Shown here: positions 34,441-47,951 of the stretch, in pieces
Numbering within the stretch: position 1 is the stretch's first letter
Layout of the letters: each line of letters begins with the position of its first letter
Source: Setoptus koraiensis
Lineage: Eukaryota > Animalia > Arthropoda
Reading direction: 5' to 3'
Assembly (NCBI GenBank): GCA_048013815.1
Contig: CM106585.1
Location: 18,786,001-18,850,000, forward strand
Length of the DNA stretch: 64,000 nucleotides
Translations under genes and position numbers: made by a program
The notes under the pieces: generated by a model
The model's input: only the letters and a program-made list of their open reading frames with translations
Told to the model about the DNA's origin: nothing
Database searches by the model: none

Positions 34441-37400
34441 GGAAAAAATGTCGCGCCGGCCACAACGTCCTATGGTGGTTGTCGTTAATTAATGCTGCAA
34501 GACAAAATGCGCACCAGCTCGCTAATGGCTTCTTGATCTTGTTTCAGATTAGGCCAGCTTCGGCGACAATGTCGCTGGCCTGTTCCCGCATCGTTTGCAC
34601 TGTTTTGGCAGCCATTCCGATAGTGTACTCTCACTCGACAGTGCTCGCCGAATGGCGTGTATCTCCCGCAAGCGCTCGGGGGCGACGCTACACGAATATC
34701 TAATCTGCAGCCAGATGCGGCCGAATGGAGGCAAGTGGAGCCAGCGGAGGCAGATGGAGGCGCCCCCTCGCACTTATCTGTGCCATTATCTCTTTTTGTC
34801 TCTGTCAATTTGACAGTGTCAAAGTTGAAAGTGCTGGATGTGACATTGCTCGCTGCGACCTTATCTAATCTATTAGCATGTTCTGCAATGATCTGCTTGC
34901 AAATAGCTGCATACGCCGGGCCATTCACGGAGATTGTATCGGGCGCAAGCGAGTGCATAAATATCACTTTTGTGTATCATTGTACATTGTTGTGTTTTGT
35001 GTCGCTCGCTAATGCAGTCGGACAATATGCGATCTTATCCGGCCGACTCGCTGCATTATCCGACCGACTTGCGGCATCATCCGACCCGCTTGCGACATTA
35101 TCCGACCGGCTTGCGATAAGGCCGCGCGATAATGTCGCGCCAACTCTGTCCGCTGTCCGCTCGCCACTCGCCACTGGCAGCCCGAGCCGGCCTGAGCGTG
35201 CCCGAGCCGCACTGGCCACTCTCAGCCAGTCTCGGCGATCGCTTATCTGCACCGTCGATTTGTGGCCGCGCTCGTCAACCACAGCAACAAGCGCAACAAC
35301 AAGCACAACAACAAGTAGTGAATTCCTCGACTGTGTCCATTAACTGAAGAATGTCGGCCGGCCAACTGACCACTGTCGCTCAGTGGCCAGCTCTGTCTCA
35401 CAAATGCAACGTTTAGCGTCGTCAGCTGACTCCAACTGGCCGCCAGGTAATTTGCTCAAATTACCTGGCTGATTATAATTACACATTATGCGAGTGGCGA
35501 AAATACTTTAGGCGTTAGGCGAGCTATTTGTCAATTTGCTATTTACTTTGGTGTGCGTTGGCGACGCACACCAACATTGATCGCCCGAGATGGCGCTGCA
35601 CCTGTTGTGATCTATGGCATGTGTCAAAGTGTTGCCGTTGCCCGTCGTTCAGTTTGCCAGTCAGTGCGCCCGTGATGCACCGACCGAACGGCACTGCGGC
35701 CGCATATAGACCAGGCGATCGATATAGAGTCAGCACTGTCGAATGTGCATGCATAATGCATTGCGCAATGCTTGCGTCATCAACAAGTGGTCAGTCAACG
35801 CTCAAACGCGGCTTCGAAATTCGAACAGGCGCACCGAGCTTCGAACGGGCGCACTCGAATTGCGAACTGGCGCATTCGGATCGCTGCGTTCGGGCTGAAA
35901 GTTCGAGTTGTAAGTTCGAGTTGGAAATTTGAGTTGGAAATTCGAGTTCGAGGGGCGAGTTCGAAATTCTGAGCGAATCGAAAGAAATCGCTCAGAACTT
36001 GTGAGTGAGAAGTTCTGAGTCGGCGAGTTCTTCTCGCACTGGCGCTGGCCGTGCCATTGAGCACTCGCAAGCGTGCCAGTGGAGCCTTACGCAATTGCGC
36101 CGAAGTGGGCGTCCAGTGGGGCACGCACACATCACATTAGAGCGTCTATATTTAGTTAGACTGGCCGGTTGGCCGGATTGGTCGTTGGTCGGCTGAATTG
36201 GACAACGGCGCTGCGCGCACTCGCAAGCGGATCCTTGTCACTTTTGAGCAACATTGGTCCGGTTTGCGACATGCCCTTGCCATGGGCAACAAGTGGGCAG
36301 CATGACAGCGCACTCCGGCACGGACGGCGCAGCACAGGTGAACAGGGCGAGCGGCACGGAACATGTGCCGACACGCCCTCGTGGTGCCATATCGAGAGTG
36401 GCCACTGGCCACGGGGAGAGTGGCCGCTCTCGCAGAGCGATAGAGAGCGAGAGAGAGAAAAGTCGCATCGTCTGGCCATAATGAAACCGGGCCGCGCCGG
36501 CCGTCGCGCTCGGGCCGACGGTGTCGCGGAGTCGCAAAGTCGGGGAGTCGCAAAGTCGCGGAGTCGCGGACTGGCGCTTCTCAGGCGACGACTGTGCGCA
36601 CGATAATGATCGCTTGCATTGCGACCCATTTCTGGCCGCTCCGGCCGCCAGAGATTCTCTGGCCGAGCATCGCTCAATGTCGAGGTCGCTCGGACACTGC
36701 GAGCCACTGCCAGTTGGACGGCTCCGAAAAGTGGCGTCGGCCGGCCAATTTGAATATGTGCGCTCGATGAGGCATGCGATTGTTTGCGTCGCAGTGTTTG
36801 CGTCGTCGTGTTGGCGTCGTTGTGTTTGTGTTGTTGTGTCCGCTGCCCTGGGCCGACTCGGCGTTGTGGTTGTCGTGGTGGTTGCCGCCGTCGTCGTTGT
36901 TGTGCTTGCTGTTGTCGTCGTTGTTGCTGTGGTTGTTGTTGCTGTGGTTGCTGTGGTTGTTGTCGTTGTTGCCGATGTTGTCGTTGTTGCCGATGTCGCT
37001 GGCAGTGCCAGACAATATATAATCACGACGACAATTGTCGCCACCGGCTCGATCGCTCCAATCAGCTGTGCGGCGGCGCTCTAATTGTGCATTAGCGTAT
37101 GAGGGCGTGACAGGTGGTGTCACTTTCTGGTGGCCGTCATGACAGCGGTCAGCGGTGCCGCCGTCATGACGGGATTTGAGCCAGTTGTTTGCCATACTAC
37201 ACACTGCCATTAGTGTCTGATTATCAGACTGTCTGATATTAGTGTCCGATGTTGGCGTCTAATGTCAGTGTTGGATGCTGGTGCTTGACATCGCATGTTG
37301 GTGCGTGATGCTGCCAGTCGGTGCGCAAACTGACAGCCCACTGACGTTGCAACTGTCACTCAGCTGGCCGTCGCCGGCCCATGACTCATGACAATGCATG

Positions 37401-38354
37401 AGAGAACAAACAAACAAACGAAACGGCCAGCGGACAAACAAACAAACGCTGTCGTTGCAACAGTGTCGTTGCTGCAACAGTGTCATTGTTGCAACAGTGT
37501 CATTGTTGCTCTGCCAACGTTACATTCGGCTCAAACGATTCGAGCTGGCGCCGTCCACTTGTTGTGCGTTCGGCGCGCACGGCCATATATCACGGCACGG
37601 CCAACAAGTGCCAACAAGTGCCAACAAGTGCGTGCTTATTAGATTGTGTCACTCGGTTGCGTTTTTGGCCAGCTCGCCGCCCGAACGGCCAACGAGCGCC
37701 GCTCGCAATCGCACCATCGATCAACGGCCACTTCCTGCTCGCCTTTTCACTGCCCGTTTAATTGTGCCCGGCGCGCCATTCGGCCGGCTCGACCCGATTC
37801 GGCCGCATGCGGTCTCATTCGGTGCGACTCGGTCGCATTCAATGCGTTATTCAGTGCGATTCGGCCGCGGTCGGCCGCGGTCGGTCGCATGCAATCGCAC
37901 TCGGCTCGACGCACTGCGCGCCACTCGACGAGCGCCATGAATAGACTAAATGCGAGTGTCGCCCAACGGGGACCCATTAGCACTTGCATTAGCACTTGTT
38001 AATGGACGCCCGGCCAGAGTCATTAGCCGCCAGTTGCGTTGGGCCGCCCTCCGACGCGGCGCTCCGAGACTTTACAGACTGTCGCGCAAAGCGCGCTGTC
38101 AGCGAGACGGCGCCAATCGCCACTGACCTCCGCCCGCGGCCGCCGCCAGATGTCGCCCTCGGGCCGGCCGTCAATGGTCAATTGCGACACGTTTATAAAT
38201 AAATATATGCCAAATAAACAGCTAGATAAACGGCGTTGCGCCCGTCACGACTGGGCGCTTTTGTTTGTCAGCGCTCCGCAATGAACTGATCCGCAATGTA
38301 CTGATGTCGCCCGTCGACTCGCCGGCGTCGCCCGTTCGCGCACCATAAACATGC

Positions 38355-38570
38355 ACCGAAATGCGACCGAAATGCGACCGAAATGCGACCGAAACGCGAC
38401 CGAAATGCGACCGAAATGAAGGCCCGATGACGAGGACAATTTTCGGCTCCATTCACGCCGCACTTTCTCGCCACGCCGGCCGCTGGAAAATTGCTGATTG
38501 GCCCAAAACCGCTCCAAAAAACCGCCCGAAAAACCGCCCGAAAAACCGCCCGAAAAACCGTCCCGAAACA
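38355..38570 (+). repeat. 11-bp (CCGAAATGCGA) x6 and 12-bp (AAAAACCGCCCG) x4 tandem arrays
   Basis: Direct reading; both are reverse-strand relatives of the TTTCGG family. Confidence 0.9.
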
Positions 38571-38817
38571 GCGCTCCGAAAATCGCTGCAGAAATGGAGG
38601 GGCGCTCTGAAAAACGATTGTGGAACATTTGGCGCGTCGCGCCATCCATCACTGGGCACCGCTCGAACGGACGGCGCTGCGCCATGGGCACATGACGGCC
38701 GAAATCGGTATGCAACGGACGGAATCGGATGAGATGCAGATGGAAATGGAAAATTTCCAATGGAAATATTGAAATTAAATCAACCGTTGACATCGCCGGC
38801 CAGACCGCGTCGGAGCG

Positions 38818-38950
38818 AGCTCCAATTTTCGGCTTCGGTTTGCGGCTCCGATTTTCGGCTCCAATTTTCGGCTTCGGTTTGCGGCTCCAATTTTCAGCTC
38901 CGATTTTCGGCTTCGGCGTGCGGCTCCGGCTTGCGGCTCCAATTTTCGGC
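38818..38950 (+). repeat. Degenerate tandem repeat (ctccaattttcggcttcggtttgcgg-like)
   Basis: Several copies with a TTTTCGGC core. Confidence 0.8.
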
Positions 38951-41900
38951 GACAGTGCATTTTTTCCGCTTCTTCGCCTTCAATTAGAACCATATTTTAT
39001 GATTTATATTTTATAATTGTGTGTATCTGTCGCTCGTCATCTTTTGCGCCCTTGCGCTGGCAGCGCTCGGGCAGCCCCGCTCGGTCGCATTGTAATGATG
39101 ATTTGCCATGACCACCGTGCTGCAGAGGCCGCGACCGCAACCTCGGCGGCGGCAGCGGCCAAATTATGGTGCCAGCAGCGCCATTGACATAATCATAACT
39201 GGATGACTAACGAGAAACAAACAACGACGACGATTAATTAACAACATTTGTGTGTCTGGCGCTTGGGTTGTGTTGTCCTGTTTGTTGTGTTTGCTCTGGC
39301 AGCATCGGCAGCCAACAAGCCGGAGAGAGAGAGACAAACTAATTATCAAGTTGATTGATTTGAGTCGACGCGATTCCTTGTTTGCCGCATCATCAATCAC
39401 ACACACCACACAGTGATAAGTTTTGCATTATTTCTGTGAAACGAATGCAAAATTTGCAAAAATGTGAGCCCTGTCGCGGGACGAACTCGGTTGGTTCTTG
39501 TTTCGGCGCTGCCGTGCCAAGCAAGCAGCGGTCAATCAGCGCCACTCGAGAGTGGCCCATATAGTTCCAGTTGGCCTGACAGGATGATTAACGCCGGCCG
39601 CGGTTGCCTCCGTTGGCTCGTTGGTGCACTTGTCCACTTGTGACAAGAGTACAAGCGGCGACAACTTGTGTGCCGGCGCCGCCGCTGCCCGGTGGCGGCG
39701 CGGACGCAACCGGGCCGAGCGGACGCAATCGGGCCGAGCGGCGACGAGGACGCAACTGGACCGAGCGGCCAGGCTAGCCGATTCGCGGAGGGAAGCCAAT
39801 TGTCGCAGCGGAGCCAATTGTCGCGGACAAGCCGATTCTCGCCGAGAAGCCGCGAGAAGCCGAGAGAAGCCGAGAGAAGTGAGAAGCCGCGAGAAGCGAG
39901 AAGCCGACAAGTCGAGAAATCGACCGGCCACGAATGGGAACGGCGCAGAAGGGTTAATGTGGCTGCCTTCACGCTTGTTGCGGCTATTAATTCAACTTGA
40001 ACCGGCCACTTGCGTAACGCGCCGGCGTCTTGACCACTGGCTCTTGACCTGGCGCTAAGAAGCGCCAAAAACAAGTGGCTAATTGTCTTATTGTGTTCAA
40101 TTGCACACACGCTGGCAGTAATGGCCGCGATTGTATCATGCCGGCCGGTCGTTTGCAAGCCGCGCTCGCTGTCCGCCAATGGGCACAAGCAACAAACAAA
40201 CAAACGCTCGGCGCTTTCTCCGGCGCGACTCCAGCCGCTCGACCGGCCGACCGACGCTGGCCCGACCGACCCGAGCTACGCTGGCGACCGACCGACCGAC
40301 CCGAGCGGCCGGCAGCGGATAGATATCATCAGCAGAGCAGCCGATTATGTAACACACTGGCTAACTGGCTGACTGGCTGACTGGCTGACCGGCTGACCGG
40401 CTGACCGGCCGGCCGGCCGGCCGCCAGTTAGCCGGTCGGTCGTTAGCTGGCGGCTAATGAGAACAACAATAACAGCGACGACAACGACCACGTTAGCGGA
40501 CAAGAATAGAAAGCGTTATCGCCGTCGTAGGCCATTGTGCCGAACCGTCGCCGCTGTCAGTCGCAGATTTGCAACTGCTCAAATCTCGAATCTCAAATTT
40601 AAATTTGAATTTAAATCTGAATTTAAATTTAAGAGTTTAGCAGCAGCGACGGCGCCATAATCAGGCGCTCGGACATTGTTTTTGGCTGGCCAGGCCGGCC
40701 ACTATTTACCAACTACGAGCGCGATGATACCAACACGATGATTGATCGGCCGCTTGACGTTTGGTCGTCGTTGTTTGCGTAATCAAGGTAAGATCTTCTT
40801 CTTATTATTCTGATTCGCAGCGGTGGCTGGCGGCGGCGGCAGCAGCAGCAGCCTCATGCGCAATAATACATACGTAATAATGAACACAAAAACGCATACA
40901 AACAAGCAGCAAGTGCAACATTTAGCTGGTGCCAGTTAGCACCACAAGAGCAAAAATTGATTTAATCTAGTTATTTCTAAACTTCTAAATTAGAACTTCT
41001 AATCAACTTTTGCCATCTCAAACCATTATTGCTGCTACTATTATTATTATTGCCATTACTGGCTGCCTATGCGCCTATGCTGTAATGGCTTGTATATGGT
41101 TGCATCACTAAACGAGTCAGTTGTTGTTATTGAGTTAGCTGCGATGGTGCTAAATTAAAGTTAAAAACTAATCGTTTCTCAGCTACCTGTTGCCGCTGAT
41201 GTTGTTGCCGCTGTTGCCGATGTTGTTGTTGTTGCCGATGTTGTTGTTGTGCTGCTCGTTTGGTGTTGTTGTTGTTGCTGTTGTGCTGCTCGTTTGCTGT
41301 TGTCGTTGTTGCTGTTGTTGTGGCGCTGCGAGCGCAATGTAAGTGACTCTATTAGCAGTCGCAGGTAGCTCACAAGCTCGCGAGAAAGAGGAAAGAATTA
41401 GCCAGAACGGACAGAGATCATGACGCCGGCGGTGGCGCGTCAATGGTCAAGTGCAACATTTATTTATTTATCATGGACGTCGTGACTCGTTCGCTTCGCC
41501 TTGCGCTGCCCCCAAGTTCCAATTGCGATTGCCAGGCCAGATTCGAGCCGGCGCGAGGCCGCCAGTGGGCAGCAGATGAGTCTCGTTCGAGCCAGGCGAA
41601 CAAGAAATTAGAATCGGAATCGGTGGAACGCGAACGCCGAAAAATGGAAACGCCAACAGACGCATCAGATCATAACTAATTGATTACTTTTCACCTCTCC
41701 CAATACAGTGCATGCTGGCAAAACTGTGCCTGATGCTCTGCTGCCTCTCAATGATACTTGATTTATCATTTATCTTGGCCACTTGCAAATGGAATCATTC
41801 CCAACAAATTACTGCTCACTGCCAGTGAGTCACTGCAGCACAATTTGTTGCAATTGTACTGTTGTGTTTACCTTGTTTGCGTTGGCATTCCAAGCGGGCG

Positions 41901-44900
41901 ATTCCAACATTTCGCTGCTTCGCTACCTCGTTATTTCGCCGCTTCGATACCTGGCCGTTTCGCCACTCGGCCACGTCGAGCCGCGAAAAGAACGAAAGGA
42001 TTGCTTGCCGCTGCGCCTTGCAACTGCTGCCACTTGTCAGGCAAATGCCAGCCCGAAATGATACCGGCCAGCTGCCAGCAGCGCCACTCGGTGCAGGGCG
42101 GGCATCGGCATGCGAAGCGAGTCGAACCTCCGCCGGATTCGCTCGGCGAGCAGCGTCGAACGCGGCCGAACGGCGTCGAACGCGGCCGAACTTCGGCGGC
42201 CGAGCTCCACTGGCGCTGCGTACGCCTTCGAACTGGCAGCGGCGCTAATTAACTCGCACAACGCGCAGCGCCGACGCCAGCCAATCGAATAAAGAAGCCA
42301 CCACGTGCCCCCGGCGGCCGGGGTGGCCGCTCCAACTGCGGGGGCTTCGGTGGCCGTTCGATGGCCGTTCGATCGGCTTCGATGGCCGTTCGATCGACTT
42401 CGGCGGCCGTTCGATCGACTTCGGCGGCTTCGACGGCTTCGACTGGCCGCCGAAGCTGCGCGCGGGCCGGCCCCCACAATTGGCCGAACCGCGATACGTC
42501 GCGCAGATAAGATGCTGCGCCGGCTCAGCAGCAGACGCTCTGGCCAGGTAATATGTAAATCGGCGACCATTATGACGATTATGAAGGCATAAATGTGCGC
42601 TGGCGCGCGTGGGGGCAGCCACCATTTTCGCTCCACACGGGCCACTCTGACGACGGCCGGAGCACGCCCCCGGCTCCCTTGCGCGATGATTGTTTGCGAG
42701 TTTAATTTTGTGCAAGTTTTATAAGCTTTGCCCATTTCTATTAAAGCTAATTGGCAGTTAGCGAAAACGAGCCGATCATTATCTCTGTCGCTCTCTCACC
42801 TGATCGCTATGATCGCCGCAGTATGATGGCCGTAGTATGATCGGCGGAGCATCGCACTGCCAGTGCGACCGGCGTGGCGTGGTCAGCGCACGGGGCCGGG
42901 TCACTCCGATGGCCGAACAATTGAATCAATCGATTCGAATTGATTCAAATTCGAAGCGTTTAATTCGCTCGATCCGACGGCCGCTCAGCGCTCAGCGAAC
43001 CGGCCGCCGGCCCGCGCACCAGGTGAGCAAGGGGTCTCGCCGGCCCTGACCGGCGGCGACGCCCCCCGTTTCGCGGGCATAATCATGATTGTTGCATTGG
43101 CACTGCCGCTGCTGCTGCCGCTATCATGTTAATTGGCATTAGATTAATTTTTGCATGCGCGCCAATTGCTGGCAGCGCCACAGAAATGATAAATAGAGCG
43201 CAAACAGCGCGAGAAGCGAATGATAATTTTTCGCTCGCGATTCCGCTGATGATTCCATCAGGCGGCCGCCGACGGTCGCTGCGGACACGCCGCTTTCTCG
43301 GCCGGCGCCCCGGTTCCCGCCCCTCGGGCTGCTCCTCGGCTATCGGGCTACTCCTCGCTTCTCGATGTTCGGGCGGCTTCTGGGCGGCCTATCGGGCGAC
43401 CGCTGGCGGGCGTGAGAGCGGCGGGCCGGCAGCGTCGGGCCGGGCCGGCGCCGAAGAAGACACAACGGCGGCAACAAGTGAGCGGGTACGAATAATGATA
43501 GAGTGTGGGGATGGCTCTGGGCGACGAAGCAATAATTGCCAATAGAGCCAGCGACGAATTCATCGTCGTATCTGTGCGTTTGTGTGCGTTCGGCCGCGTT
43601 CGCCGAGTGAGTCGGCCGCGTTCGCAGCCCGAATCGCCGAATGAGTCGAGTGCGTTCGAATGCGTTCGAACTGCCGACTTCGACAGCGCCGAACGCGCCT
43701 GACCCGGCGCGGTGCGCCGGCCGAAATGAATTGAAAACGAATCGAAACTCACTTAATTCTCACTTATTATTGTGTGTCGTTGGCCGGTGTGTGTGTGTTC
43801 GTTGCGCCATTAGCACAATTAGACGGGCCCGTCATTGAATTGCCGAATGTGTGCACTGGCCATTGTTGGCCATTGTTGGCCAGTGCGCACATTTGCCAAC
43901 ATTCAATGACGCAAACCACCACTGACAACATTCGAACAGGTGAGAACGGCGCTGACAAAGTATGTTTGCTTGCGTAATTGTTGCCGCACATCATCTTCCT
44001 GTTTCTGGCCCGTCCGACAGCCACTTGTTACTGATACACAGCGCAGTGTGTCAATAGAGATAGCGATGTTTTTTTGTGTCAATGGTTGTGTGTCGCGCCG
44101 TCGCTGTCGCGGACACTGATGCAATAGGCGCCGACCGCCGCTTGGCGTCAATTTATACGGCCGACCGGACCGCGGCAACAGGTGAGTCGGGCCATTGAGT
44201 CACTCGACTCGAGTGTGAGTGTGTGTGTGCCCGGTCGGCCCATAAAGATATGATTTGCATAATGATGGCCGGCGCAGGTATAGCATGCGCATGATAATTG
44301 TAGCCGGTGCGCGCTCGCCGAGCCGCCGAGCGGACCATTAGCGCCGACAGCGCCCGTAACAAGCGCCGATCTCGATTTCTGGTTGCGCCGCTCCGTCCTT
44401 TGCGCTCCGTTCGTCGCTCTCCGTTCGCCCGTTCGGTGCGTCCGAAGCGTTCGAAGCGTCCGAAGCGTTCGAAGCGTTCGAAGAGTTCGAGGCGTTCGCG
44501 GCGAAGCTGCGCAGTGGTGGCCAGTGGCCGGCCGGCGGCCGGCGCCGGTGTGCGCAACAACAAGTGCCACTTACTTGACGTTGACGTCGGCGCTCGGTCA
44601 CACAGACGCGACGCACACGGGGAATGACATTGAAAATATCATCGTGCCATTACCATATGCGATATGGCGATACGGCGATATGGCAATATGGTGTCCGTGG
44701 CCACGGTGTGCGCCGTTGATGGTCGCAGCAGCAGCGACGGCGGCAACAACCACAACAACGACAGCAACAACAACAACAGCAGCAACAGAGGCAACAGCGC
44801 CAACAACAACAGCGACGGCAGCGGCAACAACAACAGCGACGGCAGCAAAAACAGCAACAACAACAACGCCAACAACGGCCGATAATACAATTGTCGATGG

Positions 44901-45301
44901 ATACTTATGGCGACCGAGCGGCGAGCTTGTTCACTCGCACTAGCCTGCTATTATTATCGTTATCATTATTATTATCATCATTATTATGGTTGTTGTTGCT
45001 GTTGTTATTATTATGTAACGACCGGGCCGGCCAGTTGCATAATAACGACAGGCATGCTGCGTTTGTGCGTGCGAATTTGCAAGCTGTCGCTATAAGTTGA
45101 TATGCGCTGGCAGATGCTGCTTATATCAACTTATGGCGACTTATGTCGACTTATATCGACTGACCACAAACAAAAACGCCAGCCAAAACGGTTGCCAGCA
45201 GCGAAATGGTTGCGCAACAGATAAAACAAGACGACGGCCCAATATGACACAACAGCGACAGCGGCGATAATAATTTCTCGGCTGCTGTTGGCGATCTATC
45301 G

Positions 45302-45393
45302 ATGTTACGTAACCGTCTTGCGCTTGCGTAGCCATCGTATGGTTACGTAACCGTCTTGCGCTTGTGCAACCATCGTATGGTTACGTAACCGTA
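45302..45393. repeat. 38-bp tandem repeat x3, each with a palindromic GTTACGTAAC (PAR-bZIP consensus)
   Basis: GTTACGTAAC at 45304, 45342 and 45380. Confidence 0.95.
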
Positions 45394-47937
45394 TTGTGAT
45401 GGCGCAACTGGCGTGCCATGCTTGCCACTTATGCGCGGCGACTTATGCGGCAAAAGTGGCCGCGCTAGCCACGCCAAATATTACGAGTTGGTCGGTGCGG
45501 CCAGACGGGCAGGCATCAGCAACAATTAAAGTGACGATGATCATAAAAAATTCAAACTTTCCTTTCTGGCATCAATGCCGCATCAATTATTATCATTATT
45601 ATCCCCAACTTGGCTCTCGCTCACTCGCTCATTCGTTTATCTCCGATTCTTCGCACTCTGGGCACTCTGGGCACTCTGGGCACTGTCCGTATTCATGGTA
45701 TTCCTCGTATTCTTGTTCAGCGCGTTCGCTTACAACTTCGGACACCAATGGCGCTCGGCAGTGTTGCGAGTGGCCACTGGCCGGCCGACAACTCGCCCGT
45801 CGGAACAAGTGCGCCCGCAGCACCCTGCAAACGGCGCGGCCATCGAGCGGCCGGCGAGCGGCGTCAACAATTTAATTTTGCCCAGTGACACTGACCGTCC
45901 CGCGCCAGAGGGCGCCACCGGATACGCAAATAGACAATGTCCAATTATTATTGCCACTGCCATTAGCGTGCTCATCATTTTGGTGAGTTTGGTGGCTCAA
46001 AGAGTCTCGTCAAAATGCGAGAGCGAACGCCGAGAGAGAGAGAGAGCGAACACAGAGAGAGATGTGTTTATTTATAATGGAGTAAGAGACGTGTGTTCGA
46101 GAGAAAAGAAGAAAAGTCGAGAAGAGAACAGGTGAAGAGAAGCGGCCCAACGAAGAGCGAAGCGCAAACGCAACAGGTTGCCGCGGCCATAACTCAACAG
46201 GGAGTCGCGCCAGCCCCAACAATAATGGCAATAACGCCGGCCGGCCGGCCGGCCCAAAAGAATATCACTAGGCAATATCATTGCAGTGGCCTATGGCCAG
46301 ACTGTTATTACGCAACGCAACCGAGCGCCGTCCAATACGCAAATACGCCGGCCGGTTGCGTTGCGCAACAAGAATTAAGCGAGCCATCAATTACGCAACT
46401 GTGCGCCGGCCGTCGAGCTAGCTCATTAGAGCCACGACACACACACAGGCAGAAAGTGCAAAGAGTTTGCGCCGGTCGAGCTCGTTGGTCATTTTTCACT
46501 CACCTGGTGAACTATTTGCTGCATGTCATTCGAAATGTCTTGTGACTCACAGTTGTGAGTGTGCGCAACCAGCAACAAGCCGATATAAATCATATTCAAA
46601 TCAGTTGTTGTCCGGCGAGCCCGACAACAACAATGCGCTTCGGCGCGCCGAACAATCGCCGCGCCGAAGCGGCCAGCAACGGTCAGAAACACTGAGAAAA
46701 TCAAGAAATGTCGGCAAACATTGGCAAATGTCGGCAGCAACCCAAAACAACGTTGGCGTCTCGACCGGGCGCACCATGATAGATCGCGCCAGCGAGACGC
46801 TGTCAGAGCCATACAACAGCCACAATCGATCATCGATTGATCCCCGAGTTACGTAAGCGCCTGGCCGGCGACCGGCCGCTGCCCACGAACAACGCCAACG
46901 GGCACCGTCTCGGCCAGGTGATCTATGGTGTTGCGTTGCTGTGGAAAGTGTCATTTTTTTGCGCTTCCATCATCTGTTAGCCGTTAACAGTTAGCGACAG
47001 CGCCAGATTACCTGGCGGCGGCCCGATGCGGCGCATAATTCTGATTTTGCATACCGTGTTCGGCAGCGCTGTTGCTGCTGCCAAGTGTGCCCAGTGCCCG
47101 CTCCGAGCGCCGTTCGCCGGCTGCCAATCACGACCAACAATAATGAAATTAAAATAAAAGAAAGAAAATTCCTGAGCAAAATGCGCACTTGTCCGGCCGT
47201 GGCCCATGTTTGTTGTTGTTGCGCCACTAATAACTTGTGGCTTGTTAGCAGCGACCAGCGCTTCTTCTCATTCTTTTTGCGCCATACCGCTCTGCCCGGT
47301 CGTTTGTGTCTCGTTGGGCCGTTTGCGTCTCGTTGGGCCGTTTGCGTCTCGCTGGGCCGTTCGCGTTCTTCGGGCGAAATCTTTCTCGGCCCTGTCAACG
47401 CTCTTCCAGCGGCTGTTCGGCGCTGCAGTCGGCGTTCAAGCCACTTCGAAATTCGAACTTCGAAGTTCGAAGCGACGCCGCTCGGCTCGAAACGGCCGCG
47501 AATAGAGACACAAGTGTGGCTGGCAATTGCGAGCGCGTTGCGTCAACAGCGGGGTGTCTCTCTATCTCTCGTTTTATTTCGAGCTGCTTTTATTTCGTCT
47601 CTGATAAACGCACACACATACCGACCGAAGCGCCCCCGCGCCACGAGATGATCGATGGGCTAATTTGTATTCAGGTGCAAAGATTTTGTCAACTGGCATC
47701 ACCTGAGCTGACCACACCGCTGGCCGGCTCACAATTACTGTGATTGTTTGTGACACTCGGCCGGTTGTTGTTGTTGTTGCTGTTATGGTGCAAATGGCCT
47801 TTGTTGCCCGGCTTGATTAATTATCGATTTGCGTATGAATTACTGCTGGCAACCCAACAGCGACATTGCAGCCACTGATTTATGTGCACGGTCCATTACT
47901 GACTTCGCTCTGTACCTGCCTACCTGGTCGGTATAAA

Positions 47938-47951
47938 GTCTCCATGGCAAC
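47938..47951 (+). promoter_or_regulatory. X-box-like (RFX) motif GTCTCCATGGCAAC, abutting TATAAA
   Basis: Fits GTHNYY-AT-RRNAAC; TATAAA is immediately 5' at 47932-47937. Confidence 0.4.

Noticed and set aside
34485-35343. 160-aa and 228-aa overlapping ORFs
   Set aside because: No recognisable motif; they overlap each other antisense and run into local repeats.
45302-45393. CRISPR-like appearance of spaced palindromic repeats (also other arrays)
   Set aside because: The spacers are themselves repeated, the context is eukaryotic and there are no cas genes.
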